A stretch of DNA of 64,000 bases from an uncultured bacterium (GTDB taxonomy: Bacteria > Babelota > Babeliae > Babelales > Babelaceae): assembly GCA_963722385.1 (NCBI GenBank), contig CAVRKK010000002.1, positions 1,088,001 to 1,152,000 on the forward strand, given 5' to 3'. Made by a program: the position numbers and the translations under genes. The notes under the pieces are model-generated. The model was not told the origin of the DNA and ran no database searches. It was given only the letters and a program-made list of their open reading frames with translations. Of this stretch, positions 8,077 to 17,655 are shown in pieces. Within the stretch, counting starts at the first letter, position 1. Every line of letters starts with the position of its first letter.

Positions 8077-9642
8077 TTACATGTTATCTTTTATCGGTTC
8101 GCTGATCCAATCAAGGATAAGCTCTTTGTTTTTGTAGTTGAAAGATATACCAACAAGCGTTAAGGGCTTATTTTGATGAAGATATTTTTCATGGTAACGC
8201 TGATTAATAATTTGCTGGAGTGCTTCTTGCGCAGACTTATTAAATTTGAATTCAAAGATAAAGATTCTTTGAGGCATGGTAATAGCTAAATCAATTCTTC
8301 CCTTACTTGTATGTGTCTCTGGGTGAACCTCCACTCCCAATAATAATGCCATAAAGTGTAGGAGCGAATGATAATAACTTTCGCGTTCAACATGCAAATC
8401 ATAAGGAATGTTAGCAAGTAAACCAGAAATTATAGAGCAAAAAGTATCTAAATCATTGTGGTTTAATGCTTTTTTGATTTGAGAAATTATTCCTTCGACA
8501 GCTGTAACCTGAATATTGGCAAGCATACTAAGCATAAGGTGAGACATGGATAACTGAACTTCTTCATTTGGAAAGCCTAATGTGTAGAGGTTAGTTTGCT
8601 CGTTGTAATCTTTAATAGTTAAGTAACCTGCTTGTTGTAAAAGAATAAGAGGCGGAACCTTGCCTAAATTAAACGAGCCATTGAGCGTATCAAAGTTTAA
8701 TACCTTCTTATCCATTGTGCTTAGTTCTGAAGGATCTTTCTTAAGGAGGTTAACTAAAAAAGAGGGAGTTCCAGAAGTAAACCAATAGTTAGCACGGTCT
8801 TTATTCTTTAAGTAGTACAAAATAGAAAAAGGATTATATACATAGGTAGTTGCTTTTGAAAAACGATACCCATTGTACCAGATCTTTATCTCCCGGTATA
8901 CAGAATCAATCGCGATCTCTTTCTTTTTGGAATATTCTTCGATGTATAATTCGAAGTACATTCTGATTTCTTCTATGGTATATCCTAAAAGTGTGCTACT
9001 TTCTGGCAGAAGAGAAATATCGTTTAAGTTATTCATCCCAGAAAAGATTGATGTTTTAGCAAATTTAGTTACACCTGTTATAAAAATAGCATGGAAGTAT
9101 GCGTCAAGTCCCTTAATAGCATCATAAAAGCCATGCAATATTGCTCGTTGCTGTTCTGCCACAGCTATATTATCTATGTGGTCAAGAAGCGGTTTGTCAT
9201 ATTCATCAACCAAAAGAACGATTTTCCCTTTTTGAGCAAGCTGTGTAATTAAGTTATACGTTTTGTCCTCAAGAAGACCTTCATCAAGCGTGATGCCATA
9301 CGATTTTGCTATTAAACTAAGGCGGTTGCTTAAGCTTATCTCTAAATGCTCTGGCGTTCTATGAGCTATAGTGGAGAAATCTAGGTATATGATAGGATAC
9401 TCTGTCCAAGTATGACAGCCATACTTACCAATCCATAGATCTTCAAAAAGCCTTTTATTTCCTGCAAATATTTGCTTTATGGTGGAGATCAAAAGAGATT
9501 TGCCGAATCGACGCGGCCTTGATAAAAAATAAAGTCTCCCTTTAGCCAAGAGATTATCAATTTGTTCAGTCTTATCAATGTAAAGATAATTTTCAGTGAT
9601 CAGTGTTTCAAAGTCACTAACATCAACAGGGAGCTTTTTCAC
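8077..9642 (-). CDS. AAA-ATPase-like protein with C-terminal PD-(D/E)XK nuclease domain
   Basis: YIDKT, RPRRFGKS, DEYDKP, and GRIDL...IFEFK. Confidence 0.9.
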   Translation of the reverse strand: MKKLPVDVSDFETLITENYLYIDKTEQIDNLLAKGRLYFLSRPRRFGKSLLISTIKQIFAGNKRLFEDLWIGKYGCHTWTEYPIIYLDFSTIAHRTPEHLEISLSNRLSLIAKSYGITLDEGLLEDKTYNLITQLAQKGKIVLLVDEYDKPLLDHIDNIAVAEQQRAILHGFYDAIKGLDAYFHAIFITGVTKFAKTSIFSGMNNLNDISLLPESSTLLGYTIEEIRMYFELYIEEYSKKKEIAIDSVYREIKIWYNGYRFSKATTYVYNPFSILYYLKNKDRANYWFTSGTPSFLVNLLKKDPSELSTMDKKVLNFDTLNGSFNLGKVPPLILLQQAGYLTIKDYNEQTNLYTLGFPNEEVQLSMSHLMLSMLANIQVTAVEGIISQIKKALNHNDLDTFCSIISGLLANIPYDLHVERESYYHSLLHFMALLLGVEVHPETHTSKGRIDLAITMPQRIFIFEFKFNKSAQEALQQIINQRYHEKYLHQNKPLTLVGISFNYKNKELILDWISEPIKDNM

Positions 9643-9697
9643 AAGTGATCCTTCAGGTGGCTATTATTGGGCTATAATTGTGCTTAAAATTCTTCAT

Positions 9698-10462
9698 TTA
9701 TTGCGCCATATTGAGTAAATTTGTTACAATCACTTCTAGCTTTTGCAGAGTTGAATTCTCTTTTTTATCCCAACTACCTTCATAAGGGGGAAAGACAGAT
9801 TCTTTTTCCGGGGAAAAATGCCATGAAATTTGTTCACAAGTAGGTATGTCGAAATAAATTATATGAGTTATAAAATGTATGTCGCTTTTTTGGATTCCGT
9901 ATTTCCAGTCTTGCTCTTTAAAGAGCGACGATAAATTTATAATCAGTTGTTGTTTTTGCTTATAAATTTTCTGTTGATATTTTCCGTATGAGTTTTTGGC
10001 TGATATACTCTTATCTTCAACTTCCAAAGCAAGCCGAACTGCTCGTGCAAGCACATTGGTATCGACCAGCTTGTTAAGCCGCCGCTTGGCCTTGTTAGTA
10101 CCAATACCAGCAAATTTTCTTCGGTGTATTTGCAACTGTCTAATAAGATGTTCATTTTTTTCTTGAACAGCCACAATCCTTTTATGACGATCTTGTTCTT
10201 CATGCTCATAGTATTCAACAAGTTTTTCAAACTCGTTATCTAAGCATGTAAACAGCGGTTCCAAACTTCGGGAGCCATGAATACGTGAGTTATATAAAAT
10301 TTTTACTCTTTCTAAAGATACACCAAGCTGTGATGCTACGCTACGCATCGTCAGAACATTACAAGCATGCCTCAACTGATAGAGCTTAGTTATCATTGAA
10401 ACATCTATATTTTCTTTAAAATCATCAAAACCAGAATATGACGCAGGGCGCAAAAGAGGCAT
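9698..10462 (-). CDS. Hypothetical protein (HTH-like N-terminus, C-terminal YFDIP...QISWH...Y.G.WD domain)
   Basis: 254-aa ORF. The C-terminal motif resembles uncharacterised phage-type proteins. Confidence 0.6.
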   Translation of the reverse strand: MPLLRPASYSGFDDFKENIDVSMITKLYQLRHACNVLTMRSVASQLGVSLERVKILYNSRIHGSRSLEPLFTCLDNEFEKLVEYYEHEEQDRHKRIVAVQEKNEHLIRQLQIHRRKFAGIGTNKAKRRLNKLVDTNVLARAVRLALEVEDKSISAKNSYGKYQQKIYKQKQQLIINLSSLFKEQDWKYGIQKSDIHFITHIIYFDIPTCEQISWHFSPEKESVFPPYEGSWDKKENSTLQKLEVIVTNLLNMAQ

Positions 10463-10951
10463 ACCATTCCATATAAGGATAAAATATACTGCTATTTTAG
10501 CATAAACCGTAACTAAGATCCACGTAGGTATAATAAGCTGATCTGGCTATTGGAGAATCTTAATATTTCCCTATTGCTTTTTTTGTGTCGGTAATGCCCT
10601 TTTTTCCAGAGTGTTTCTCAGTCTTGTTGCTAAACCGCAAAATTTTGAGCATTCTTCCACCGTATATAGGCGTGATGGATTACCGAAGCAATAGAAGGCT
10701 CTATAGCAGAAGAGAAAAGCTTGTCATAATCAGGTTTTCTGCGTCGATGCAAATGCTTCAGGTGGACCGCCCGGCGTTTCATGCTCGCGGCCACCTTATT
10801 TCTTGTACTAGGCGTGACGCGCAAAGCATTATATACCAATTAAATTAAAAGTCAGGCAAAATTTACATATTTTAGCAAAGTCAAACAAATTGCTTATTGT
10901 TCAGCAATGTAGTACAATTTTCTGCATCTACAATTACTCAAAGGGAAAAGC

Positions 10952-11176
10952 ATGGCAGGATATAGCTACAAAGAACTTTTGGATAAAAAGAATCAAGATG
11001 CCATAAGGGAGCGATTACTTATCGTTAACAGAAAAACAGGACTGTCGATTGCCAAAATGGCCGCTCAAATGGATATAAGCCCAACAACATTGCGCTCATT
11101 TCTGGTCGATGAAAAGAAAGCTATATATGCGGTCATATCAAAAATCTTGGGCTTCATAGAACAACACGAAGATTAA
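10952..11176 (+). CDS. Small XRE-like helix-turn-helix protein
   Basis: GLSIAKMAAQMDISPTTLRSF, with upstream AAGGGA RBS. Confidence 0.65.
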   Translation: MAGYSYKELLDKKNQDAIRERLLIVNRKTGLSIAKMAAQMDISPTTLRSFLVDEKKAIYAVISKILGFIEQHED

Positions 11177-11309
11177 TAACTTGTTGATGAGAAAACCTTA
11201 TTTTTTAAACTGCTCGCTGTATTGATTTAACAAGCTTAAAAAAGTTGACGAAGTCATACTTTTTTATAAAAATTGCCTGTATACATAGTACACTTAACCG
11301 AGGACAAAA

Positions 11310-11975
11310 ATGATCACTACGGGATCTTTTGAAAACCCTGAAATAGTAGAAATAGTGCAAACAACTATCTCATTTGAGCCACTTGAGCAAAATTTACCTG
11401 CAGAGGTCGAAGCATTCAAAAATGAGTTTTTTTTAACTCCTGGGACCGATCCAAAAAAAACATATTATACTCTTGAACATCTCGTTGAAAAATATCCTCA
11501 GATCCCCACTTTAAGAAATTGGCGGCAAGTAGCATTTAAAGAAGCAGTCGCTGATGATGATGAACTTGCATTACTTATCTTAGAAGATTACAGAGAATTT
11601 CCCAATTACCTTTTTACACAGGCTGCGTATGCTCAATTATGTTTGAAGAACGGTAGGTGGGAAGAAGTGCCGGCAATTTTTAAAAATAAAATTATTTTAA
11701 ACGATGTTTACCCAGAGAGAAATATTTTTCATGTTACTGAATTCCTGGTTTTTTATTCACTTATGGGACAGTACCACTGTTATGCTAAAAATTTAGAAGT
11801 TGCTCAAAGCTACTTGCAAATAATAAGCGAAATAGACGCAGAACATCCTGCAGTTAATTTGTTATTGTCAACTATTCTGAGATTTTTGCCTGAGGAACTT
11901 TGCCGCAGAATTTTTGCTATGAAAAATAAGAACAAAAGAAAAGCAAAACCTGTGCAGCGAAAACGCCGTAAATAG
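11310..11975 (+). CDS. TPR-like helical protein with basic C-terminal tail
   Basis: FPNYLFTQAAYAQLCL helix pair, tail KNKNKRKAKPVQRKRRK, GAGG RBS. Confidence 0.65.
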   Translation: MITTGSFENPEIVEIVQTTISFEPLEQNLPAEVEAFKNEFFLTPGTDPKKTYYTLEHLVEKYPQIPTLRNWRQVAFKEAVADDDELALLILEDYREFPNYLFTQAAYAQLCLKNGRWEEVPAIFKNKIILNDVYPERNIFHVTEFLVFYSLMGQYHCYAKNLEVAQSYLQIISEIDAEHPAVNLLLSTILRFLPEELCRRIFAMKNKNKRKAKPVQRKRRK

Positions 11976-12155
11976 AGTTTGCATTACAAAAGCGGCTTGG
12001 TATAATTATCGCACATCCAGCGCTTTCTTTGGCAAATCTTCCTTAAAATATCTCAGTGAAGAGCATATGATACAGTTTGTAATCTACCAAAATAGGCAAT
12101 TTAACTTTTAGGCTTTGTTAGAGGGTTTGCTGAGAACCAAATTTTCTTGATTTGC

Positions 12156-12545
12156 TTATCGAGGAGTTTGGCACATGTAGATTACGTTGCCATACAGGTC
12201 CTCGAATGAAGCACCGATACCCCAGGGATGCTCTTGAGGTCCTTCCAAAAACTTTACGCCATGCTTGCTGAGTATTTCGTAATCTTTTCTACAATCGTCG
12301 GTTTCAAGATTAAAGAAGGGCTTTGAGCCGCCTTGTTTGCCCACGACCGCTTTGTCTTCAGGTGTTTCAGCGAGCATAAGGGCAAGCTCAAAATTTTTAT
12401 CGGATGCCAAATTTATGGTGAGCCAGCGCATGCCGCCAAACATTTCGTCAGTATGTACCTTAAACCCCAATTTTTCAGTATAAAAGCGGAGAGCGTCGTC
12501 TTGATTGTTTACTATGACCGTCATGTGGGTAACTTTAGTGAACAT
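12156..12545 (-). CDS. VOC/glyoxalase family protein
   Basis: V.NQDDALRFYTEKLGF and PWG..ASFEDLYGN. Confidence 0.9.
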   Translation of the reverse strand: MFTKVTHMTVIVNNQDDALRFYTEKLGFKVHTDEMFGGMRWLTINLASDKNFELALMLAETPEDKAVVGKQGGSKPFFNLETDDCRKDYEILSKHGVKFLEGPQEHPWGIGASFEDLYGNVIYMCQTPR

Positions 12546-12614
12546 GTTCGCATCCTTGTTATTAAGACTTTTTACTGAAACAAGTCTATCGAATGGGCTG
12601 AAAAATACAAGAAT

Positions 12615-14621
12615 CTATTTTCGGAACCATTGCCTAAAATAGGTCATGAAGCTCATGTTCCCCCAAAGTGAGGCTTCTTGATGAGTAATGTGCGTAATGT
12701 CGACAAGTTCCTTAAGAAAGCGGGATGCTCGCTGATCACTTCTTTGACCGTAGGTCGACCGAAAGCGAGCGTGGGTAATGAGAAGGAAGGATTGTGCGCG
12801 GGTAATGCCAACATAAAAAAGGCGACGCTCTTCTTCGATTGACTCGCTGTTTAAGAGAGCGTGGCCGCTTGGCAAGATTCCTTCTTCGAGGCCAGTTATG
12901 AGGACGGTGTCAAATTCGAGACCTTTCGCTGCATGAAGTGTCATCAGAGAGACGTAGTCTTGATCTTCAAGCCGGGTTGTTTTGTCTTCTTGTAAAAGAG
13001 CAATCTCTTCGAGAAAGCCATGCACGCTGCGCGTGCCTTGTTCCTGGCGTGAACGCGCTGCTTGTAAGAGCTCTTTGACATTGTCCTGGCGTTCAAGAGC
13101 TTCTGCTTTCTCGTAACTTTGTTGCAGGTACGTAAAGTATCCCGTATGTTTAATGATATGCTCTAAAGCACTGCTCGGCAGCGTATCGTCTGGTAATGAC
13201 GTAAAGAGAGCAAGAAACTGCTGTAATGCTTCTCGCTTGGCCGGGTTGATAAGCTCAATCAAAAGCTCACTCACCTCTTTAAAATTTAAAAAAGGATGTT
13301 GCTCCCAGTGAGCCAAAAAGAGCTCTTGAAACTTATCGCCCAATCCTCTATTTGGTGTGTTAATGACCCGCGCCCACGAGACACGGTCAAACGGATTTAC
13401 CAAAAGCCGCAGATAACCCAGCAGGTCTTTTACTTCTTGCCTATTATAAAATTGTATGCCCCCAATGATAAGGTAGGGTATAGAATTTTTAATAAGCGCT
13501 TCTTCAAGTGCGCGCGACTGGTAATGGGATCGATAGAAAGCTGCTATGGTGCGCAAAGAACGCTTTTGTACAATATGATGTTTGCAGAGTTCCGCGAGAG
13601 CTTGCCCTTCTTGCGTGCCTGAAGCACAGGTAATAAGGCGTACCCGATCAGTGCCTTGTTTTTCTGACCATAAATTTTTGGTTTTTCGCTGGCTATTATG
13701 CTTAATAAGTTGATTGGCTGCGTCGAGAATTGGCTGGGCTGAGCGGTAATTTTGATCAAGGGTTAGCGAGTCGGCATAAGGAAAATCGTCCTTAAAGCTT
13801 ATCATGGTACCGGCAACCGCTCCTCGCCAGGAATAAATTGATTGATCTTCATCGCCTACCACGCATAAAGAATCAAGGCTTAAGGTTTTTTTATTGTTCA
13901 GGCTCATTTCTCGGATAAGTGCGTGTTGGACACTATTGGTATCTTGATATTCATCAACAAGAATGTGGCGTATGTGCTCATGATGTTGTTGCTTGATGGA
14001 AGGCTCGGTTTTAAAGAGCTTTAACGTGATCAGCAGCAAGTCGTCAAAATCGTAGCACTGGGATGTCGTTTTCTCTTTTTCATAAAATTGGCAGAGCTCA
14101 CGAATAAGCGGGTCAGGGATTTGTTCGTAATGTATAATGCCGAGAGGGGAACTATTTTTGATTCGCGAAATGGCGCTGCTTACCTGGCGCGGCGTTATGC
14201 GCTTGGTTAAGTTATTTTTGACGAGAATGCTTTTGAGCAGCTTCTCTTGGTCATCATCGTCAAGAATAGTAAAATCTGGAATTTCAAGAAACTTTTTATG
14301 AATTTTTAAGAATTTTACACAATAGGAATGGAAGGTTCCTACAAAGGGAAGGTCGCGAGTAAAGCCTAAGAAATGGAGAACTCTCTCTTTCATTTCTCTT
14401 GCTGCCTTATTGGTAAAGGTGAGGGCAAGGAGTGAGCGGGCAGGTATTGCATGATTGAGCATTAACGATGTAATGCGTGCCGTGATGATACGAGTTTTGC
14501 CCGAGCCAGCACCTGCATGTATCACCATAGCGCCATGAACGCGATCTACGACGCTTCTCTGGTGCTCATTGAGGTTTTCTTTGCAAAAACTATCAAATGC
14601 GCTGCGTAAGTCATCTTGCAT
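12615..14621 (-). CDS. uvrD: UvrD/PcrA ATP-dependent DNA helicase
   Basis: AGAGSGKT, TFTNKAA, VDEYQD, GDEDQSIYSWRGA, TLHAAKGLEF, EERRLFYVGITRA. Start set at MQDDL. Confidence 0.95.
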   Translation of the reverse strand: MQDDLRSAFDSFCKENLNEHQRSVVDRVHGAMVIHAGAGSGKTRIITARITSLMLNHAIPARSLLALTFTNKAAREMKERVLHFLGFTRDLPFVGTFHSYCVKFLKIHKKFLEIPDFTILDDDDQEKLLKSILVKNNLTKRITPRQVSSAISRIKNSSPLGIIHYEQIPDPLIRELCQFYEKEKTTSQCYDFDDLLLITLKLFKTEPSIKQQHHEHIRHILVDEYQDTNSVQHALIREMSLNNKKTLSLDSLCVVGDEDQSIYSWRGAVAGTMISFKDDFPYADSLTLDQNYRSAQPILDAANQLIKHNSQRKTKNLWSEKQGTDRVRLITCASGTQEGQALAELCKHHIVQKRSLRTIAAFYRSHYQSRALEEALIKNSIPYLIIGGIQFYNRQEVKDLLGYLRLLVNPFDRVSWARVINTPNRGLGDKFQELFLAHWEQHPFLNFKEVSELLIELINPAKREALQQFLALFTSLPDDTLPSSALEHIIKHTGYFTYLQQSYEKAEALERQDNVKELLQAARSRQEQGTRSVHGFLEEIALLQEDKTTRLEDQDYVSLMTLHAAKGLEFDTVLITGLEEGILPSGHALLNSESIEEERRLFYVGITRAQSFLLITHARFRSTYGQRSDQRASRFLKELVDITHITHQEASLWGNMSFMTYFRQWFRK

Positions 14622-14785
14622 AAAAAATGATTGCCTAAAAATTGAGTATAACGTGACTAAGTTTACCATATCCTGAAAATGCAACAAGAGCTTATAATTT
14701 TGGCTGAGCTATGTTGAAAATTCCGCGTTGATTTTTTAATTCTATTTGATATGATTGATTTATTGATTATATTTAGGGATTTATT

Positions 14786-15340
14786 GTGAAAAATATTTGC
14801 AAGATCATCATGATTGCTGGTTTGCTCAGCCTAAGTTGTTTAACACAAGGAAGTTCCACCAGATTAAGCGAATTTGCAAAAAATACTTTTAGTTTGCCAT
14901 TCCTAAGCTTTGCTTTCGTGTGGGTATTAGCTGAGCATAAGATGCCGGAATTTATTCATGAAGTAGGTCAAGGAGCACGTGATGCACTTTGGCTTGCAAC
15001 AATTGGACGGTTTGGGCAACGTGAGCAACAGCCTTTTGAAGAAAAGAGTGCCATCAATAAACTGGGTTTTTTGACGGGTGCTGCCACTTCCTTCCATCTT
15101 CTTGCCACTATGCTTGTTGAATTTCGGCTTTTATATATGAAAAATAGTTGGGTTGCTGATTCTATATTTATTTACTGCTGCGTGCTTAAGATACTAGAGG
15201 TCATGGCGTGGTTCGCTAATATTGGTTATCCGCTCGCTATGGTAATAGATTGGATCTATTCTCAAGCTCAAAATGTATTGGGGCATAAGCCAGAATTAGC
15301 ACTGCTGAGTGAAGTTTCGCTCAATCAGACCTTACCATAA
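14786..15340 (+). CDS. Hypothetical membrane protein with signal peptide
   Basis: Hydrophobic N-terminus and 2-3 further hydrophobic segments. Confidence 0.6.
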   Translation: MKNICKIIMIAGLLSLSCLTQGSSTRLSEFAKNTFSLPFLSFAFVWVLAEHKMPEFIHEVGQGARDALWLATIGRFGQREQQPFEEKSAINKLGFLTGAATSFHLLATMLVEFRLLYMKNSWVADSIFIYCCVLKILEVMAWFANIGYPLAMVIDWIYSQAQNVLGHKPELALLSEVSLNQTLP

Positions 15341-15370
15341 GCCCGTATCAGCGAGCATTATTTTCTTTTC

Positions 15371-15400
15371 TTGCAAAATAGAGCCCTTCCTCTTTACCCT
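15371..15400 (+). promoter_or_regulatory. Putative sigma70 promoter of ku
   Basis: TTGCAA-N18-TACCCT. Similar TTG...TACCCT boxes occur upstream of ligD (~22857-22886) and at ~51611-51639. Confidence 0.4.
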
Positions 15401-15436
15401 TAAATGAGTTGGCGCCTGCTAACAAAAGGGGGGAAT

Positions 15437-16237
15437 ATGAAGACGTCGTGGAAGGGATCATTAACGTTTGGTCTGGTAGACATACAAATTGAGCTGTATT
15501 CAGCCATCCAACCCCATTCTATTGGCTTTAAGTTATTGCATGCCAAATGCCATACCCCCATTAGTTACCTTCGATGGTGCTCCCATTGTAAGCAAGAGGT
15601 TGCCTGGGATGAAATTGAGAAGGGTATTCAGCTTAAAGATGGCACCTACTTTATTATAACTCCTGAAAATTTAAAGAAATTACGACCAAGGAAGACTGAA
15701 AATATTGCAATTGTAGAATTTGTCGATGCTCAGGCGGTAGATCCTGTCCTTTATGATAAGCATTATTACGTCATGCCTGCCAAGGCTCCCTATCATGCAT
15801 TTTTTTTGTTTGCGGCGGCGCTTGCTGATGTAAGCAAGATAGCAATAGGGCAATTTGTCATGCGTGACAAGCAGTATGTCTGCGCCATACGGCCGTATAG
15901 AAACATTATGCTTTTAACGATGCTTAATTATGGTTATGAGGTAAAAAAATTAGCCAAGATGGATGAGTTAGAGGCGCCAAAATTAGATACAAAAGAACTC
16001 AAGTTGGCTGAGATGCTTATGAGCAAGCTCTATCATAAGAAGTTTGATATAGAGCAGTATAAAGATACTTTTGCACTTGAGCTCGTAAAGAAGATTACTG
16101 AGCTTAAAAAAGGCGTTGCCATACCTGAAAAAGAAAAAGTAGTGGAAAAGCCGAAGCCGGTTTCGCTTATCAAGGCGCTTGAAGCGAGCTTAAGCCAGCT
16201 TGAAGAACCTAAGGCGAAAAAGTCAGCACGTGCTTGA
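15437..16237 (+). CDS. ku: Ku NHEJ DNA end-binding protein
   Basis: WKGSLTFGLV.I.I.LYSA. Strong RBS before ATG 15437. LIKALEASL tail. Confidence 0.93.
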   Translation: MKTSWKGSLTFGLVDIQIELYSAIQPHSIGFKLLHAKCHTPISYLRWCSHCKQEVAWDEIEKGIQLKDGTYFIITPENLKKLRPRKTENIAIVEFVDAQAVDPVLYDKHYYVMPAKAPYHAFFLFAAALADVSKIAIGQFVMRDKQYVCAIRPYRNIMLLTMLNYGYEVKKLAKMDELEAPKLDTKELKLAEMLMSKLYHKKFDIEQYKDTFALELVKKITELKKGVAIPEKEKVVEKPKPVSLIKALEASLSQLEEPKAKKSARA

Positions 16238-16247
16238 GAATAAGGAG

Positions 16248-16712
16248 ATGATGATGGATATCATGAGCAAAGAGCAAAGAGAAGCCTGCGATGCCTGCAT
16301 GAGGGCCTGTACAAGGTGCCGTGATATCGGTGAAAAAATAATCGGCAGCAATGCCAAGGGGGGAACGCTTGCAAGCGCTGAAGAGTATCTTGATTCCTGT
16401 CATGCCTGTATAGCTGCTTGTACGGCGCATATTAAGCATTTACAGGAGTATATAAAAAAGGCCACCGACCCGCATGAGGCAGCAAAAGCTCAAGAGTGTG
16501 TACAGGCTTGCCAGAAGTGTATCGCTGCGTGCGAAGAGTGTGTTCGCGTAATTGAATCAACTGAGCCAACAATTCCCATTCTTGAATCGGGTTATGGCAA
16601 GTCAGCGGTTCATGCATGCTTTATTGCGCTACAAGCGTGCGAAGCATGTATTAAAACATGCAAAAAGATGCTTGAAGGACAGCCGCCGCTCACCATGCCG
16701 CCCGTATGTTGA
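16248..16712 (+). CDS. Cys-rich four-helix-bundle copper storage-like protein (Csp/DUF326)
   Basis: Repeated CxxCxxxC helices and an AAGGAG RBS. Confidence 0.7.
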   Translation: MMMDIMSKEQREACDACMRACTRCRDIGEKIIGSNAKGGTLASAEEYLDSCHACIAACTAHIKHLQEYIKKATDPHEAAKAQECVQACQKCIAACEECVRVIESTEPTIPILESGYGKSAVHACFIALQACEACIKTCKKMLEGQPPLTMPPVC

Positions 16713-16734
16713 GATAGATAAATTGATATAAAAA

Positions 16735-16762
16735 AAATCAGGGACTATCAAGTCCCTGATTT
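16735..16762. terminator. Intrinsic terminator between convergent genes
   Basis: aaatcagggact-atca-agtccctgattt. Confidence 0.7.
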
Positions 16763-16784
16763 AAGACGCTTTGCCAATGTACTT

Positions 16785-17546
16785 TTAGGTAGGAATCTGT
16801 GCTTGCTCGTGTTCGAGCGCGCCTTCTTTTTCAGTACCGGTCTCTTGTTCGAGAAGTAATTTTATGAAGAAACTAGCAGCATCGTTGAGTTTGGCGGATA
16901 AAGCTTCAGATTGTGCAACATAAGGAGCCTTTGCTTCTTCTGCTTCTTTTTTTGCTTGGTCATAAGGTTTACCAGCATCGATGACTTGCTTTATGAGAGC
17001 ATAATATTTCGCGCTGCCGGCAACGCTCAAACAGTGCCTAGCTTTTGCCAAACGCCCATCTTCCTCGTAAATTTCTGCAAGGGCAGAGGCTCTCTCACCG
17101 GCATTTGTTGCCTTAACATCAATATCTTCGCATTTATTTGGATCGATCTCAAAAATGTTAAGTAATTTGCTGACAAGCTTGCTTATAGTGTAGCGAGCTT
17201 CTACTTTTTGGAAAAGGGCGAGGGTTTTTTCAAGTGCACTACGAATATCTTCTAAGCGGTTTTTAGATTTTTCATCTCCCTTTTCAGCCGCATTTTCGAG
17301 GCATCTGACAGCCTTGCCGAGCCGAGTTAGTTCTAAGTAATGGTTAGCAAGGTCATATTGTGCTTCGGGCTTTTCATGGGCCCAGCCTGCGTCGCATAAA
17401 TTTGGTTGCTGTTTGCTCATTTGCCTGAGATAGGTAATGGCGGTAGCATAGGCAAGAGCATCAATAGAACTATACTTTGTTGGCGCGCTCAAGAGGGAGC
17501 TGGTAAGCCCCGCCAAGCCTAGGATAAGTGCGTTTTTGAGATTCAT
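16785..17546 (-). CDS. Secreted protein with Sel1/TPR-like repeats
   Basis: Signal peptide, AQYDLA.HY.......KA..CL..AA..G, and a second related repeat. Confidence 0.65.
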   Translation of the reverse strand: MNLKNALILGLAGLTSSLLSAPTKYSSIDALAYATAITYLRQMSKQQPNLCDAGWAHEKPEAQYDLANHYLELTRLGKAVRCLENAAEKGDEKSKNRLEDIRSALEKTLALFQKVEARYTISKLVSKLLNIFEIDPNKCEDIDVKATNAGERASALAEIYEEDGRLAKARHCLSVAGSAKYYALIKQVIDAGKPYDQAKKEAEEAKAPYVAQSEALSAKLNDAASFFIKLLLEQETGTEKEGALEHEQAQIPT

Positions 17547-17655
17547 GGTAAACTCCTGATAAAATATGGGTAATAGTAACTCTATGATCTAGTATAAACT
17601 ATATATCCAAAAAAGATCAATATTTTTCAATAGTATTAAAGTTAATTGCTAATAA

